DNA of 64,000 nt from Octopus vulgaris (GCA_951406725.2 OX597825.1:16988001-17052000), one strand, 5' to 3'. Shown: positions 1 to 14,906, counted from the first letter of the stretch. Program-made: numbers and translations. The notes: generated by a model from the sequence alone, not told the origin.

Positions 1-502
1 GCTCTTATGGTAGGTAGCTTACTTAATCGGTACTATTCTTGGTATTCAATTACGGCTTAGAAGATAAACATCGTGCCATGAATATATTTAAAAATCACTT
101 ATGTCGACGGGAAAAAAAGAAAAAAAAAACCTTTTCTCACTTATACGTTAAGTATAGATGGAATTATCAACTGACAGTGCTAGGGCTGAAATCGATATTA
201 CAAATTAAGGAGAGACAAATTTTTAGGTGTGACAATAATAAAAATTGGCTGCGCTATAGGGTGTGATAACGCTTGTGTCTATAACTGCGATGGAACGGCA
301 ATATAAGTGTCTACATTATACGGTTACAAACTAAAAATGCTTCAGAATTGAAATAAATGTCATACTGTATTTAAATATATCTCTTTAATTCACGTAGGAT
401 ACTAGATTAAAATTATATTACCACTGACATCGTTTTCCTACTACCTGGTTACCTAGCATCGACAAAAGTGTATTAGTAAGACATAGATATAGCTTAACCG
501 GG

Positions 503-540
<38 letters not shown>

Positions 541-643
541 GATAGATATATACACACAGGAGAGTATTGTAGTTCGCTGGAAGCATTGTATATTGTTTGG
601 GAAATATAACGTGTCTTGAATGGTACAACTCTACACTGTTGTG

Positions 644-722
<79 letters not shown>

Positions 723-1048
723 TAAGTCAACTATTGTTAGCGGTGAGGAGCTAACGATATATATTGTATATAATGGGTGCAGAGTTGCACCGATAACCAG
801 CTGGCGGAGATTCTGCCTGGGGTTAAACTTGTAGTAACATGTTACAGCCACTTTGATGCTGAAATGTATTGAAAGATATAGTAATAATTTATTCTCAAAC
901 ACAGAAGAATTCGTTACTGAGAAGCTTAGCTTAATCACAGGGATGTGCATTCGAGTCTCATGGCTAGCCTGTAACGATTTTTCTGCAATATATAGTTAGT
1001 TTATCCTGTTCATTCTATTGTATTAGCACTATCATGCGTTTGAGAATA

Positions 1049-1106
<58 letters not shown>

Positions 1107-1371
1107 CATTCATAAATTTCCGTTACTATTTGAAACGTTCAGGAAATACTGAAAAATACGAATAATACCATAGAGTTTATTGGTAAATAGAAACAAAACC
1201 AATAAAATTTTATGATAAACATCAGTAGAGTTCTGCATGGGCTGGATTGGTTCATTGATGGATCTGAACGGTATTGGATACAATAAATTGTGGAACTTGT
1301 AAAGATATTTTATGTCCACACTCTATACTCTCTCTCTCTCTCGCTCGCTTGCACATACATACATACATACA

Positions 1372-1458
<87 letters not shown>

Positions 1459-1926
1459 GTAGATATATGTCTGTGTGTGTGTGTTTCCCTGCTCATGGAA
1501 ATTGTGCTTGTATACTTAGGATTTTCAAATGAAAGTTTAGATATTAATGCTTTAGATATTATTTAGTAGAAAGCGATACTGGTTTTACTAGAAACAATAT
1601 GCTCGCGGTTATTACAATATCCTTTGTGATTTACTTTGCTTATTCTTACTCAAATATTATAGTTCAACATCTAAAATATATCGTGTATCAATAAAGTTAT
1701 TGTGTATAACGCTTTCTCTAGATTGAAGCTTACTCTACGGTAAAATGCATGAGTCATGGAAAAATTACTGATTGAGGTTTAGGGAGAAGATGGAAGATTT
1801 AATCCACTGAGAACTACTGAGAGAAAGAAATATGGACTTTAAATGCAATGAATCATCTGAGTATAAAGCAATTTTTGTCAGGAAAATTGGAAATTTAACC
1901 TAAGAGAAACACAAATAAGAAATGTA

Positions 1927-2346
1927 TACTCTTTTCTCTTTTTACTCTTTTACTTGTTTCAGTCATTTGACTGCGGCCATGCTGGAACACCGCCTTTTTT
2001 TAATCGAGCAACTCGAAACCGGGACTTATTCTTTTGTAAGCCCAGTATTTATTCTATCGGTCTCTTTTGCCGAACCGCTAAGTAACGGGGACATAAACAC
2101 ACCAGCATCGGTTGTCAAGCAATGCTAGGGGGACAAACACAGACACACAAACACACCAACGCATATATATATATACATATATACGACGGGCTTCTTTCAG
2201 TTTCCGTCTACCAAATCCACTCACAAGGCTTTGGTCGGCCCGAGGCTATAGTAGAAGACACTTGCCCAAGGTGCCACGCAGTGGGACTGAATCCGGAACC
2301 ATGTGGTTGGTAAACAAGCTACTTACCACACAGCCACTCCTACGCC
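1927..2346 (-). mobile_element. tRNA-derived SINE family A (internal microsatellite)
   Basis: Minus-strand head with A box TGGCTGTGTGG and B-box-like GTTCAGTCC, then CCTTGGGCAAG. Near-identical copies at 20548 and 28308. Confidence 0.85.
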
Positions 2347-2960
2347 TATGTATGTGTATATTTGATACTGAATGCATTAATGTGAATTAATAGATGCAAT
2401 ATAAGGTTAAACTACGTGGCTTTCTCTAATTCTTAATAATAGCCAAATCAATTAATTACGTCTTCCGTAAGACACATCAAGAATGTTTATGAAAAACGAA
2501 ACTATTCGCTTCGGTCACCATTCAAGCTATTGAAAGCCAAAGAGTTTAACCACTGTTTTTAATTTCACTTCATTTAAGCATATGTTTATTAAAACTATGA
2601 ATATGATTGCGAATATATATGATTTGCATAATTTAAGTGTGTTCTGAACTCCACTTTCACACGCACACACACACAAACACACATACTCACACACAGACAC
2701 ACATACACAAACACACATACTTTCACACACACAGACAAGCACACACAGGCGCACAGTAACACAAAGACACACCTACGCACACATGTTTATTAGTACGTTT
2801 GTATTTCCGTCTATATTTGTCCTTTATGTTTAACGTGTATGTGTACTGTGTGCATGTGTGAGTGTGAATGTTTGTGTGTGTATGAGTGTATGTGTGTGTG
2901 TATGTGTATATGTGCGTGTGTATGTGTATGTGTGTGTGTGTGTGTCTGTGTGTGTGTGTC

Positions 2961-3012
<52 letters not shown>

Positions 3013-4057
3013 TGTGTGTGTATGCATCTCTTCGATGTGCTGAACTTTTAATTCATACAGTGAGTCAATTCCTATAGTGCAACAACGTATAATATATCTT
3101 ATATGCCATGTTTAAAAATCCACACGTTCTCTGTTATGAAATAATGACAGACTAGCTGCCGAAAATCAACCGGTAATATCATGTATTGTGAAGAAAGCAC
3201 ACACCTGAAAACTATGAAAGCACATAACCGAAACATTTTGTTAAAGCAAATAGAAAATCATGATAAAACGCGAAACCCATTAGGCGGCATCAGCCCACAC
3301 ATGATTTTGTTACACATTATTAATATATTCCTATACAACGAATGACTGACAAATACTGCGAATCCATATGAGAGAAAGATTAACAGTAATTTCCAAGGTT
3401 GTGTCATAATTAAAGGGAAGATTGTTTGCAAATATTATTAGTCGAAACGCCGAACACATATCAATAAATCATGCTCTTGCAGGGCAATATACATCAGACA
3501 GTGAATGGAGACAGAAGAATATCCGATAGGTAATATTCAAATGAGAAAAAAAAAAAAGTCAACTCTTCATTAATATGCATCTTTATATCACACAATGGGT
3601 TTCTGGCAATACATATTGCTAACGTTAACAAGTAATTACCAATTTATCATAGCGAAAAACAGATAAAATATTCCTTTTAAAATAACACATTATTGATCTG
3701 GTATATTTCACTATCTAATTCAACCGATAATACGAGAAAACCTGACCGAGATAAATGGGGCCTCAATCGCCCAGGCAAAAGTTAATGTGATGTTTTCTGT
3801 CAGTCTCCAGCTAAAAGAAGATGCGAGTAGCAAAGACAATATTGACAGCCGAGTAAAGAGAGATACAAAGGGGTTTGGATATAACGTAAGTAGGTCTCTA
3901 ACTCCTCGTAGGACGACGACGTGCAAACGTAGGATATCATATAGTTTGAGCAAATGAATATGGTACAAGATTTCATCGGCATACTATGAACAGGGTCAAT
4001 AACCGCTGGCAGCGGGAAGGCAACGTACACAGTGGAGGACTAGCAGCGATAAAATAC

Positions 4058-4095
<38 letters not shown>

Positions 4096-4222
4096 ATTTA
4101 AGAATGGTCATTTTGACGGTTTAGCCAATATTATTATGTGTGACGTGTGTGTGTACTGCGTGCATGTGTGTGTGTGTGAGTTAGTGTGTGTGTATGTGTG
4201 CGTGCGTGCGTGCGTGTGAGTG

Positions 4223-4267
<45 letters not shown>

Positions 4268-4448
4268 ATATATGCATGTGTACAAACACATGTCAAAAGA
4301 AAATTATATATATATATATATATATAAACTTAGCTAAACACTTAGATATGTTTCGACCAAACATTGGTCCAGGCCATGTCTAACTTAATAGCATCACCTG
4401 GTATTTATATACACAAATATACAGAGGAAATATGCATACATGCATATA

Positions 4449-4536
<88 letters not shown>

Positions 4537-5377
4537 CATATACATACACACAAATACGCACACACACACTCACACACATACACACACATATATATGTGTA
4601 TGTGCGTATCATATAGGTACAGATACGTATTTATACACGTATATAGATGCTTGTGTGTTCACATATAAATATACATATGTATATGTGTACAAAGATATAT
4701 ATATACACATGTATATATGCGTTTAAGTGTGTGTGTATGTGTATGTGCGTGTAGAAATCAACAGAGATGATTTTAAATGTGTGTATACATGTAGGCATTC
4801 TTATGCATACACACATACATATACGTATATACATACATATATGCTTAACACAAACACGTGTAGGTATAAACATTTAAAATTGCCAAGAACTTTAACAAAA
4901 TCGTTCTTTATATATTATAACAACTATATGAATTATTTTGCTTTTACAAAACTTTTCAATATATACGTGTGTGTGTATGAGTGTGTCTGTGTGTGTGTGT
5001 ATCTGTGTGTGTCTGTGTGCACAATCATGTCTATTAACTGTGTGTGTATATATGTGTGTATACTGCTGTTAGTGTTACCGTCTTGATACTATAACCATTA
5101 ATACAATATTCAGAAGTAAATATGCACTGAGCAAAAGGCTACATCAGTCATTGTCAAAAATATATTAATTCTTCCCGCAATTAGCAAAGACAACTCTGGA
5201 CATATTTTCTCATTATTCGGTTTCTTCAGTGTTCCTTCTGTTTCTCTGCAGTGTCTGTCAGAAGCACTGCTAAGGGAATCACCTAATTGATTTGCATTAG
5301 GAATAAATATACATTAAGAATAAATTTCTGTGATATTAGTTGCGCACGTGTGTGTGTATGTGTATGTGTGTGTATGC

Positions 5378-5454
<77 letters not shown>

Positions 5455-5498
5455 TATATATATGTATTATATATATACGGTATATATATTTTTATGTT

Positions 5499-5533
<35 letters not shown>

Positions 5534-5658
5534 ATATTTATATACATATATTACATATATTTATATATATAAGTATATATATATAAAACATATATCCATA
5601 TATCTATCTATCTATCTATTTCTATATATATATATGTATATTTATATATATATATATA

Positions 5659-5960
<302 letters not shown>

Positions 5961-6506
5961 ATATATATATATATATATATATATCTTTATAAATTACTCT
6001 GTGACTGTACGCCTTTCTGTGTATGTGTATGTGTGTAGTAGGTTAGTGTGTGTGCGAAAGTCCCTGCCTCTGTATGCGTATTTCATTTAATTTTGTCGTG
6101 TGAAATTAATGGCTGCTTGTCTAGGTGACTTTCAAATCGAGAAGCTGCAAATAGTCAACGGCTTCAGTTGCAGTGGAGCAAATGAAATTAATACTCTTCA
6201 TAGAATGGCATTCAGGAAGTATACTTTCTTTCGTTTCTTATCACTAATACTGTACACACAGACACACACAGACACACACACAAACGCACATGCACACACA
6301 TGCACGCACATGCATACGCACGCAAAAACACGCGCGCACATACACACACCTACGACCTATATATATATATTTCTATGTAAATGTGTATATATCTTATACT
6401 TATGTGTATGTATGTGTGCATGTAGCACGAATATACATAGTTAAGTGTGTCTGTGTGTGTGTTTAATTGAGTCTCTGTCTTAGTCTATTTATTCATACAC
6501 ACACAC

Positions 6507-6552
<46 letters not shown>

Positions 6553-6630
6553 AATCTATCTATATCTATATATATCTATATATATATATGTATATATATA
6601 TGTACATACGCATACATATATGTATATATG

Positions 6631-6669
<39 letters not shown>

Positions 6670-6675
6670 ATGTAT

Positions 6676-6757
<82 letters not shown>

Positions 6758-6761
<4 letters not shown>

Positions 6762-7050
6762 TGTCAATCGACAATGGAAAAAGTATATGTATTTGTGAAG
6801 GGATCTGACTTCTCGTCGACAACCATGATTGTCACACGCTGCTGATAGGTAAACACCTTGAAACTCTGGTCCGTGTGTATCATGAGTTGAAGACGGGGAG
6901 GATGACTTCCCTTCACAAATACTGAGAGGACACAGATAGTGTGTCCATAGCCAGCTGGAGGAGATATCTTAGGGGTTAGCCATATTCAAATGGCAAATAT
7001 GCGTCACGATGTGTTACTGCTACTGTTTATAACTCGCTCTGAGATTTATC

Positions 7051-7053
<3 letters not shown>
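6758..7053 (+). mobile_element. Copy of the ~340-nt HHR family (HHR at 6833-6877)
   Basis: Alignable to 22676-22965 plus 22610-22655. HHR reads CACACG-CTGCTGA-T-AGGT AAAC ACCT-T-GAAA-CTCTGG-TC-CGTGTG. Lies between (TA)n tracts. Confidence 0.75.
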
Positions 7054-7090
<37 letters not shown>

Positions 7091-8589
7091 ATATTCATAG
7101 ATATAGATTGATAGATAGATAAATATATTATTCGCGTTTTGATTACAAGCGATGCACGTTACCAGTACTTCCGATGCGATTCGTAGCAACAGAGGAAGCC
7201 ACACCATATTTTCGTTATAGTATCCATGTGAATAAAGTTAGAACTCGCTAGCTTGTACAGGCACGGAGTCTGCGCATGTACGTGTGTTAGTAAATGTAGT
7301 CGAAGCTAAATTCCAAATACGTATTATCAGTCTGCTGTAATACAATACACTTAAATTTACGTGAATAATAATTTAATTTACCAGAGAAACGGATACTGTA
7401 TCACATGATATGCTTAATGTTCAATGATGTTGAATCCAGCAGTATTTTCTGTCTTTTCAGAAGCACAATATGTGAAGATTCTCCTCTCACAATAATAAAT
7501 GAATCAATTTATACTTCATGATTTCAGACGTAGTGTCTGAGGAGTTGTATATTGTGTGCACCATAGAAAATACGCCTGACGTATCTTAAAATCAGAAGCG
7601 GACGACAGTTTTGGATGAACCGATTATAGACGCCTTCCTACTCAATATCAATTGCGTGAACACTTCGACATTACCTATATACTTTATTCTAGTTAACCAA
7701 TAAAGTGTACTTTCTGAAAAGATTGGTATGCATTCTGAAAAGATTGGATCACTAAACCACGTTTTTAAATTTATCTGTGGATCGAAGTCATATACCATTG
7801 GGTAAGAGCGTTCCGAATCTGAGGTGATAGCAAGGGCAATTTTTAATTGTAGCATTTGGACATCGCTGAGTTACGCTGATTCACCTGATTCCCGAATGCA
7901 AAGCCGTTTTATAGTTTTTTGAATTCAGGTTTTGATTTCGTTACTTGCGTACGTTAGGGCTGTGATTATAAACTTTGCAGGCCTTCTAAGAGCATCCAGA
8001 TTTATTATGTAAAAGTTCATCTTAAACAGTTACAAATCAATTGCTGCGGAAACATTGCCTTGTTTACTTTGAATTTCTTTCTCAGCTATATTTTAAATGC
8101 CCGATAGAACAGATATTCTATGTAAGAATGACGTGTCGCAGTACTTTGCTTTACATGTAATCTGGAAACGAAACACTGGACGGGTGACGAGATGCAAACA
8201 GTGGAGAGATTTGGAAGTGTCAGTTCCCGGAGAGGAAGGACAATCTACTTCAATCAGGAGCGGAAGATATTAAAGTTACAGTAGAAAATGCAGACAGGGA
8301 GAAAATAGAAAGGGTCGTCTCAACACTTTTATCGGTGAGAAGCTATTCAGCAACTTAACGTATTTCAGTCGAGTAAGGTTGTCTTGGAAAATGAATGCCA
8401 ACAGCAATCAGCTAATTCACGTTCGACTGTGCGCGTAACATACTGAGAATTTATAGACAGGTTATCGCTTAAATTCTCGCTATTCTGCGATAATTTGATA
8501 TTTCTTATACATACATACATACATACATACATACATACATAAATACATACATACATACATACATACATACATACATACATACATACATG

Positions 8590-8716
8590 AGACCGATAGA
8601 GTAAGTACTAGGCTTACAAAGAATAAGTCCTGGGGTCGATTTGCTCGACTAAAGGCGGAGCTCCATCATGGCCGCAGTCAAATGACTGAAACAAGTAAAA
8701 GAGTAAAAGAGAGAGT
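8590..8716 (+). mobile_element. SINE family A 3' fragment
   Basis: Reverse complement of 1930-2064. Confidence 0.75.
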
Positions 8717-9901
8717 ATCGCATTGAAAAATAGTATTTATACAGGAATTATGTTCGTAACCCACGATACTTGTCAATACTTTAGCTAGATGCTTTGAGAG
8801 GTAAAACCAAATAAAGAAATAGAATCAGAAATATTTATAATTGTAGATGACAAATTGTATCGGTGGGAAAGATAATAACCAGAGCTTCCAACTGCGGGGT
8901 TCGGGGCAAAACTGGAGAAGCTATTTGTATCTCAGCATCACTTTCACGTTCTTAAGTAAGGGTTTGGGTGGCTTTGCAGATATTTGTAAGGGTAACAAAG
9001 TACACAGCTTTCTGTTCTGATCAAAACAATTTGGGTCATTGTCTATAAGCGTCAGCTGACCAGGTTTTGACGATGCAAGATTTCGCGGGTGACCACTCTG
9101 GTAAAGCCACCACTATCTTATTTGATAACAATCAACTAAATATGCTACTATAGCCAGGTAACTACTGACCTGAATCTAGCAGACATCACGTGGTGTATAT
9201 TATATAAAAGTGACTACCATACAGTGTTCGAGCAGTTAAAGGACTGTTTATGAATTTACATAGATTTCTTTTACGTAGTAAGAAATATTGGCTTCCATTA
9301 AACTCAAATATGCTTCTCTTATCATTAATATTCCGTATGCAGTTTTCATGAATACGGCTATGGTAATATGTTTTGGTTTTATAGGTATTCCACAGTTAAT
9401 ATGTTGGGAAATAATCTAATTATAATTCTGAGTTAATTAGTAATGTTAACTTATGAAGAAAACAGTTTTGATATTCTAACTAAATTCACAAAAAAAAAAG
9501 AAAATGTAGTTTCAGATTTATAAAATAACGTTACCACGAGAACCAGAAATTAAATCAAAAGCGAGAGCTTGAAGCAACCATTTTTGTAGATGTAGTTCAC
9601 AGAGGATTTAAAAAAAACAACAACAAAAGAAACATAAGTGTAAACGATTTTTTAAAACCTTGATTTCATATTTTCATATTACAAAATACATTTCAGGCAG
9701 TGGATATAATAGCCGAAAGGTTCCTATTCCGAATATACAGAGTTATTCGTTTCCGATCCTCAGCCGATTAACCGAGCCTGAAATCCTTTTCTAATATCCA
9801 TACATACATACATACATACATACATACATACATACATACATACATACATACATACATACATACATACATACACACATATATACACACATACATACACACA
9901 T

Positions 9902-9969
<68 letters not shown>

Positions 9970-9984
9970 GACCTCTGCCCTTCT

Positions 9985-10397
9985 GCAAAGAAACCTATTT
10001 TTGAAAATTTGCTAAACAGTGACACTGATCATAGTTTAATCGAAGGAGCGAGGTGCAAAGTAAATGCAGTAATAATAGGAAAATCAGTGGGGCCCCATTT
10101 AAGCGGCCCTTTAGAAACTGAACCTCCTTACGATATTCCCTGGGAGTTCATGGTACGAGATTCATTGCCATTGAACTGATTTCGTCGCCAATGCCATGTA
10201 TTTAGTTTAAAAGGCAGTTAAAATAAGAGGGGAGGGTCAGTGGAACCCCAATTAGGCGGCCTTTAAAAAAATAAGCACTAGGATTAGTGGGGTTGCTGGT
10301 TTGAGTTTCGCTGTCCTTGCACCAAGGGTCTATGAGGAGTTAACGAACTTAAAAACGTAACGGACAGAAACATCAGTGAAATTTATATTAAGAAGAA
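9985..10397 (-). mobile_element. Possible non-autonomous Helitron 5' fragment
   Basis: Minus strand begins TCTTCTTAATATAAAA...TGTTTCTGTCCGTTACG. Internal direct repeat CAGTGG..CCC.ATT.AGCGGCC at 10085 and 10238. Confidence 0.35.
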
Positions 10398-10442
<45 letters not shown>

Positions 10443-11214
10443 CACACACAGACATACACACACACATATATATATGTTTGTGCGTGTATGTGTGACTGTG
10501 TATAGATACATAGACAGACAGAAATATAGACAGATAGAAAAATATTTTGATAAATAACTAGATAGGTAGGTAGATAAAGGATTCGATATCTCAAGGTTTT
10601 AAGATAATCTACCCTTGCTCATATGAGTCATAGTGTGAAGTTATAAATACGCAGTGTAATATTAAAAGCGCACTGTTGTATTTCTAATAGTCGTTTTTGT
10701 AGAACCTATTCACGTCACTAACCGCAAGCTACCTGGCCAATTATTGTTGGCATAGCCACGATTGTTATGTACAATTGCGAATGCATAATATGACTTTATT
10801 ATGTGTCTTGAAACATAGCCTAATCATGTGAGGTTATGGTAAATGTAATTAAAATCCAAGTATGTGATTAAACGTCGATAATCCTATCATTTACTAGCTG
10901 TGGGATCTAGCAAGAAATGAGCGAGCGCAATCAACGTATTTATGTTAGTATGTTCAGCGATTTCTTACAATAGTACAAGGCTAATATTTTGGTTATTCCG
11001 TCATCATTATTCCCTTGGAACAATGGTGACTGAATAAGTAAATTATCTGAATAAGTGAAATTAATTATAGTTTAGGATATTCTAATATAGTACCCTCATA
11101 ATAATTGCCTCTTCTTATTTTCGTATCTCATGAAACGAACGATACACACCATATTACTTGAAGCCTGACGGTTAGACAATGCATGCTCCTGTCAGTATTT
11201 CTTAACAAAATATA

Positions 11215-11466
11215 AGCAATAATAAAACTCTGAACGCGGTATAAACAGTAGCTGCACGACAATGGGAAGTATATTAGCCACTTAAATGTGGCTAACCACT
11301 AACGGTGGATGCTACTGTAGCTTGTAGCCCCAGGAGAACATCTTCTCCAGCTGGCTATTGACACCCTTTCTGTGCCCTATCAGTATTTGCAAAGGGGAGT
11401 CATCCTTCATATCGGCGACCTGACGTGATACGCACGAACCCGGGTTTCTGAATAGTTACCCGTCAT
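11215..11466 (-). mobile_element. Copy of the ~340-nt HHR family, truncated inside the ribozyme core
   Basis: Reverse complement aligns to 22765-22965 and beyond. Minus strand reads ATGA-C-GGGT AACT ATTC-A-GAAA-CCCGGG-TT-CGTGCG. Confidence 0.72.
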
Positions 11467-11720
11467 ATATAACTAAACTATAACTATAACTATATATACC
11501 TCAAAATACCTCAAAAGTTATAACTAAATATAGTTTTCGGGGTATTTTTGTCTGCCAATCTTATCAAAGACTATATTTTACTGTCGAGATAAAATACGAG
11601 TGATTCCGCCGCGTCAATGTAACTGTCCCAATAAATCGTAGTTCACACGTTATGAGATTTTTCATTAATTTTAATTAAGTAAAATTACTATGTTGTCTCA
11701 CCTGTCTTAATTGAACTGCA

Positions 11721-12045
11721 GTGAGGGCGCGTGGCTTAGTGGTTAGGGCATTCGGCTCATGATCGTAAGGTTGTGAGTTCCCGGCGACGCGTTGTGTCCT
11801 TGAGCAAGACACTTTATTTCACGTTCCTCCAGTCCACTCAGCTGGCAAAAATGAGTTGTACTTGTATTTCAAAGGGTCAGCCTTGTCACTCTCTGTGTAA
11901 CGCTGATTATCCCCGAGAACTACGTTAAGGGTACACGTGTCTGTGGAATGCTCAGCCATTTGCACGTTAATTTCACGAGCAAGCTGTTCCGTTGATCGTA
12001 TCAGCTGGGACCCTCGTCGTCGTAACCGGCGGAGTCTTTTTTTTT
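11721..12045 (+). mobile_element. tRNA-derived SINE family C (CORE-like body) with a 230-bp flanking duplication
   Basis: A box TGGCTTAGTGG, body GTGTCCTTGAGCAAGACACTT and a T-run tail. 11491-11720 matches 12046-12275. Confidence 0.88.
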
Positions 12046-12553
12046 TATATATACCTCAAAATACCTCAAAAGCTATAACTAAATATAGTTTTTGGGGTAT
12101 TTTTGTCTGACAGTCTTATCAAAGACTATATTTTACTGTCGAGATAAAATACGAGTGATTCCGCCGCGTCAATGTAACTGTCCCGATAAATCGTAGTTCA
12201 CACGTTATGAGATTTTTCATTAATTTTAATTAAGTAAAATTACTATGTTGTCTCACCTGTCTTAATTGAACTGCATTCATACTGATGCTATTGATTATTT
12301 CTAATCACAAAGGGTTCATTATATTAAGTATAAAGTACATTAGCAATCACTATACCTTATACTAAAAGCACTGGGTGTGTAATTATAACACAAACGGGAA
12401 TTAAAAAATAATGTACTTAACGAACAAAGCAAAATAATTCAATGAACCTAATCCTCTCCATAAACATATCTGTTGTGGGAGCCATTACTTGCACTGGAAA
12501 CAGCTTTCTCTCACTATCTCTCTCCTTCTCTCTCACCCTTCTCTCTCTCTTTC

Positions 12554-12590
<37 letters not shown>

Positions 12591-12679
12591 AGAGAATTCA
12601 CGAACAAAACAAAAGATGAAGACAGGTGGTGAAGAAAACAAATAGCTGTATTAGTAAGACGCTCGGGAATTGAAATAGT

Positions 12680-12715
12680 CTTTTACGTTTCGAGCCTACG
12701 CTCTTCCACAGAAAG
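12680..12715 (-). ncRNA. Minimal hammerhead ribozyme motif, degenerate (in repeat ~12587-12741)
   Basis: Minus strand CTTT-CTGTGGA-A-GAGC GTAG GCTC-GAAA-CG-TA-AAAG, between (TA)n tracts. Confidence 0.58.
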
Positions 12716-12738
12716 GAACACAGAAAGAAACAAGGAGA

Positions 12739-12814
<76 letters not shown>

Positions 12815-12817
<3 letters not shown>

Positions 12818-13097
12818 AGTGCCGCCTCAACTGGCTTCCGTGCCGGTGGCACATAAAATGCACCAATCCGATCGTGGCCGCTGCCAGCCTCGCCTGGCAC
12901 CTGTGCAGGTGGCACGTAAAAAGCACCCACTACACTCACGGAGTGGTTGGCGTTAGGAAGGGCATCCAGCTCTAGAAACACTGCCAGATCAGACTGGAGC
13001 CTGGTGCAGCCTTCAGGCTTCCCAGATCCCCGGTCGAACCGTCCAACCCATGCTAGCATGGAGAACGGACGTTAAACGATGATGATGATGATGATGA
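12815..13097 (+). mobile_element. RTE-type LINE/SINE 3' end with (GAT)n tail
   Basis: GC-rich block with TGGTTGGCGTTAGGAAGGGCATCCAGC, ending GGACGTTAAAC(GAT)n. Confidence 0.6.
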
Positions 13098-13692
13098 TAT
13101 ATATATATACATCTATTTGTACGTGAGTATAGATAAATATGTAGATGTTTCAGTGTATCTATATATGCTTGTGCGTGTACGAGCGTGTGGTTGTTGGTGT
13201 CTGTGTGTTTGTCTCTCTCTATCTGCTTGATAGCTGGTGTTGGTTTGCTTACGTTCCTGTAACTTTGCGTTATAGGAAAAGTGACCAATAGAATATATAA
13301 ATAAATAAATAAATAAGTACTATGGTTTGATATGTTTGACTAAACCTTTAAGAGCGGTGCCTCAGCAAGGCTGTAACAAATAAAAGATAAGAAATTAAAG
13401 ATTAACAAAATTAAATATTCCTAAAGTAAAATACTGATATTCATCTAAATTTACTGTCCATTAATGGAAAACTAACAAGTGTCACTGTGTTTACGAAGTC
13501 TTTTATATATTAATTGTATGTATTTTCTGTCTTGTAAATTATACGAAACGAGAAAAGAGCTTATCGTTCATACTAAAATCAAACAAAATCAATGCTGGAA
13601 CAAGCACGCTGTCAGAGTCGTTAACACGGGCAGGATATTTAGAAACATTTGTATCCTGGTTTTCCTTTTCGTTTGCGTTTTCCTATGTTTTC

Positions 13693-13729
13693 TGTTTCCG
13701 AAGACGAGCTATGCTCGAAACGTTAGACA
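13693..13729 (+). ncRNA. Minimal hammerhead ribozyme motif, degenerate (in repeat ~13590-13830)
   Basis: TGTTT-CCGAAGA-C-GAGC TAT GCTC-GAAA-CG-TT-AGACA. Confidence 0.62.
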
Positions 13730-13927
13730 ACTGCACTTTTACATCTCTAGGACTTTTATTAATACTTTACATGTGCTATGGCCTCATGTTGTTACTATTT
13801 TTTCCATGTATTTTCTCCGTTTTGTTTTAGTGTATATATATATACATATATACATAATGTGACCGCGTGTGTACCGTTGGCGACTTTTTCCTCTGTCTTC
13901 CCTTCTTTGGATATTTCCCTTTCCTAT

Positions 13928-13962
13928 GTTTCTGACGAAAAGCTCCGCTCGAAACGTTAAAT
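13928..13962 (+). ncRNA. Minimal hammerhead ribozyme motif (in pLTR-like repeat ~13857-14071)
   Basis: GTTT-CTGACGA-A-AAGC TCC GCTC-GAAA-CG-TT-AAAT, with palindromic ACGT stem III. Confidence 0.7.
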
Positions 13963-14067
13963 CCTCCTTCTTTCCTTCTTTTCTGAGCGTCCAATAATAC
14001 TATACTTGTTCCACGTCCTCGCGTTGTTGAGTTTTCTCTTTGTGTTTTCATGTTTGGAGTAACTTTA

Positions 14068-14129
<62 letters not shown>

Positions 14130-14146
14130 TATATGTATGTATATTG

Positions 14147-14199
<53 letters not shown>

Positions 14200-14755
14200 C
14201 AGGTGGGGGCGAGCGCGCGCGTGTGTGTTTAAGTGAACATGTGCGCGTGTGATATTATAGTCTCAGGCATGACTGAAACGTCTTCCATCATACATCTAAT
14301 GGTTCTGGATCGACCTAAGGCTAAAACAAAAACGAAGATCTATAAGGTATCTAGCGGAGTATAAACATTTATTGCGAAAGATCAGCTAGGACAAAAAAAT
14401 ACACTGCATCAATAGGTATTGAAAATTATAGTTCTTTAACGTGAAAGAAAATTAAATTTGTATAAGGATTTAGAAGTGCAGTGATGTCTCAAGGCTAAAT
14501 TTGCATTACTTTAGAAATTAATACAATAATGATAATGATATCTATGTTGTTCTCAATTGGTAATAATAATAATAATGAAACCAGCAATAAAAATAATTAT
14601 GAAAATAATAGTAATACATGCTCTAACTTATGTTGTTATATGTATCTTTACGTGTATGAAAACATGTTATACTCAGGAGGAGGTAAAGGTTTTTTGTATT
14701 TTTCTTTCTATTGATAGTGTTATCATCAATAGTAGCGCTATTAGTAACACTAACT

Positions 14756-14818
<63 letters not shown>

Positions 14819-14862
14819 TATTATCATTATAATTATTATTATCATTATTATTATTATTATTA

Positions 14863-14906
<44 letters not shown>

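Noticed and set aside
2112-2390. Recurrent ORF MSSNARGTNTDT...RRHLPKVPRSG seen at several loci
   Set aside because: It is the antisense reading of SINE family A, not a gene family.
3720-4050. GC-richer block, possible exon or DNA-transposon remnant
   Set aside because: No recognisable peptide motif or termini.
11721-11795. tRNA-like A/B boxes
   Set aside because: These are SINE heads, and no complete cloverleaf is present.
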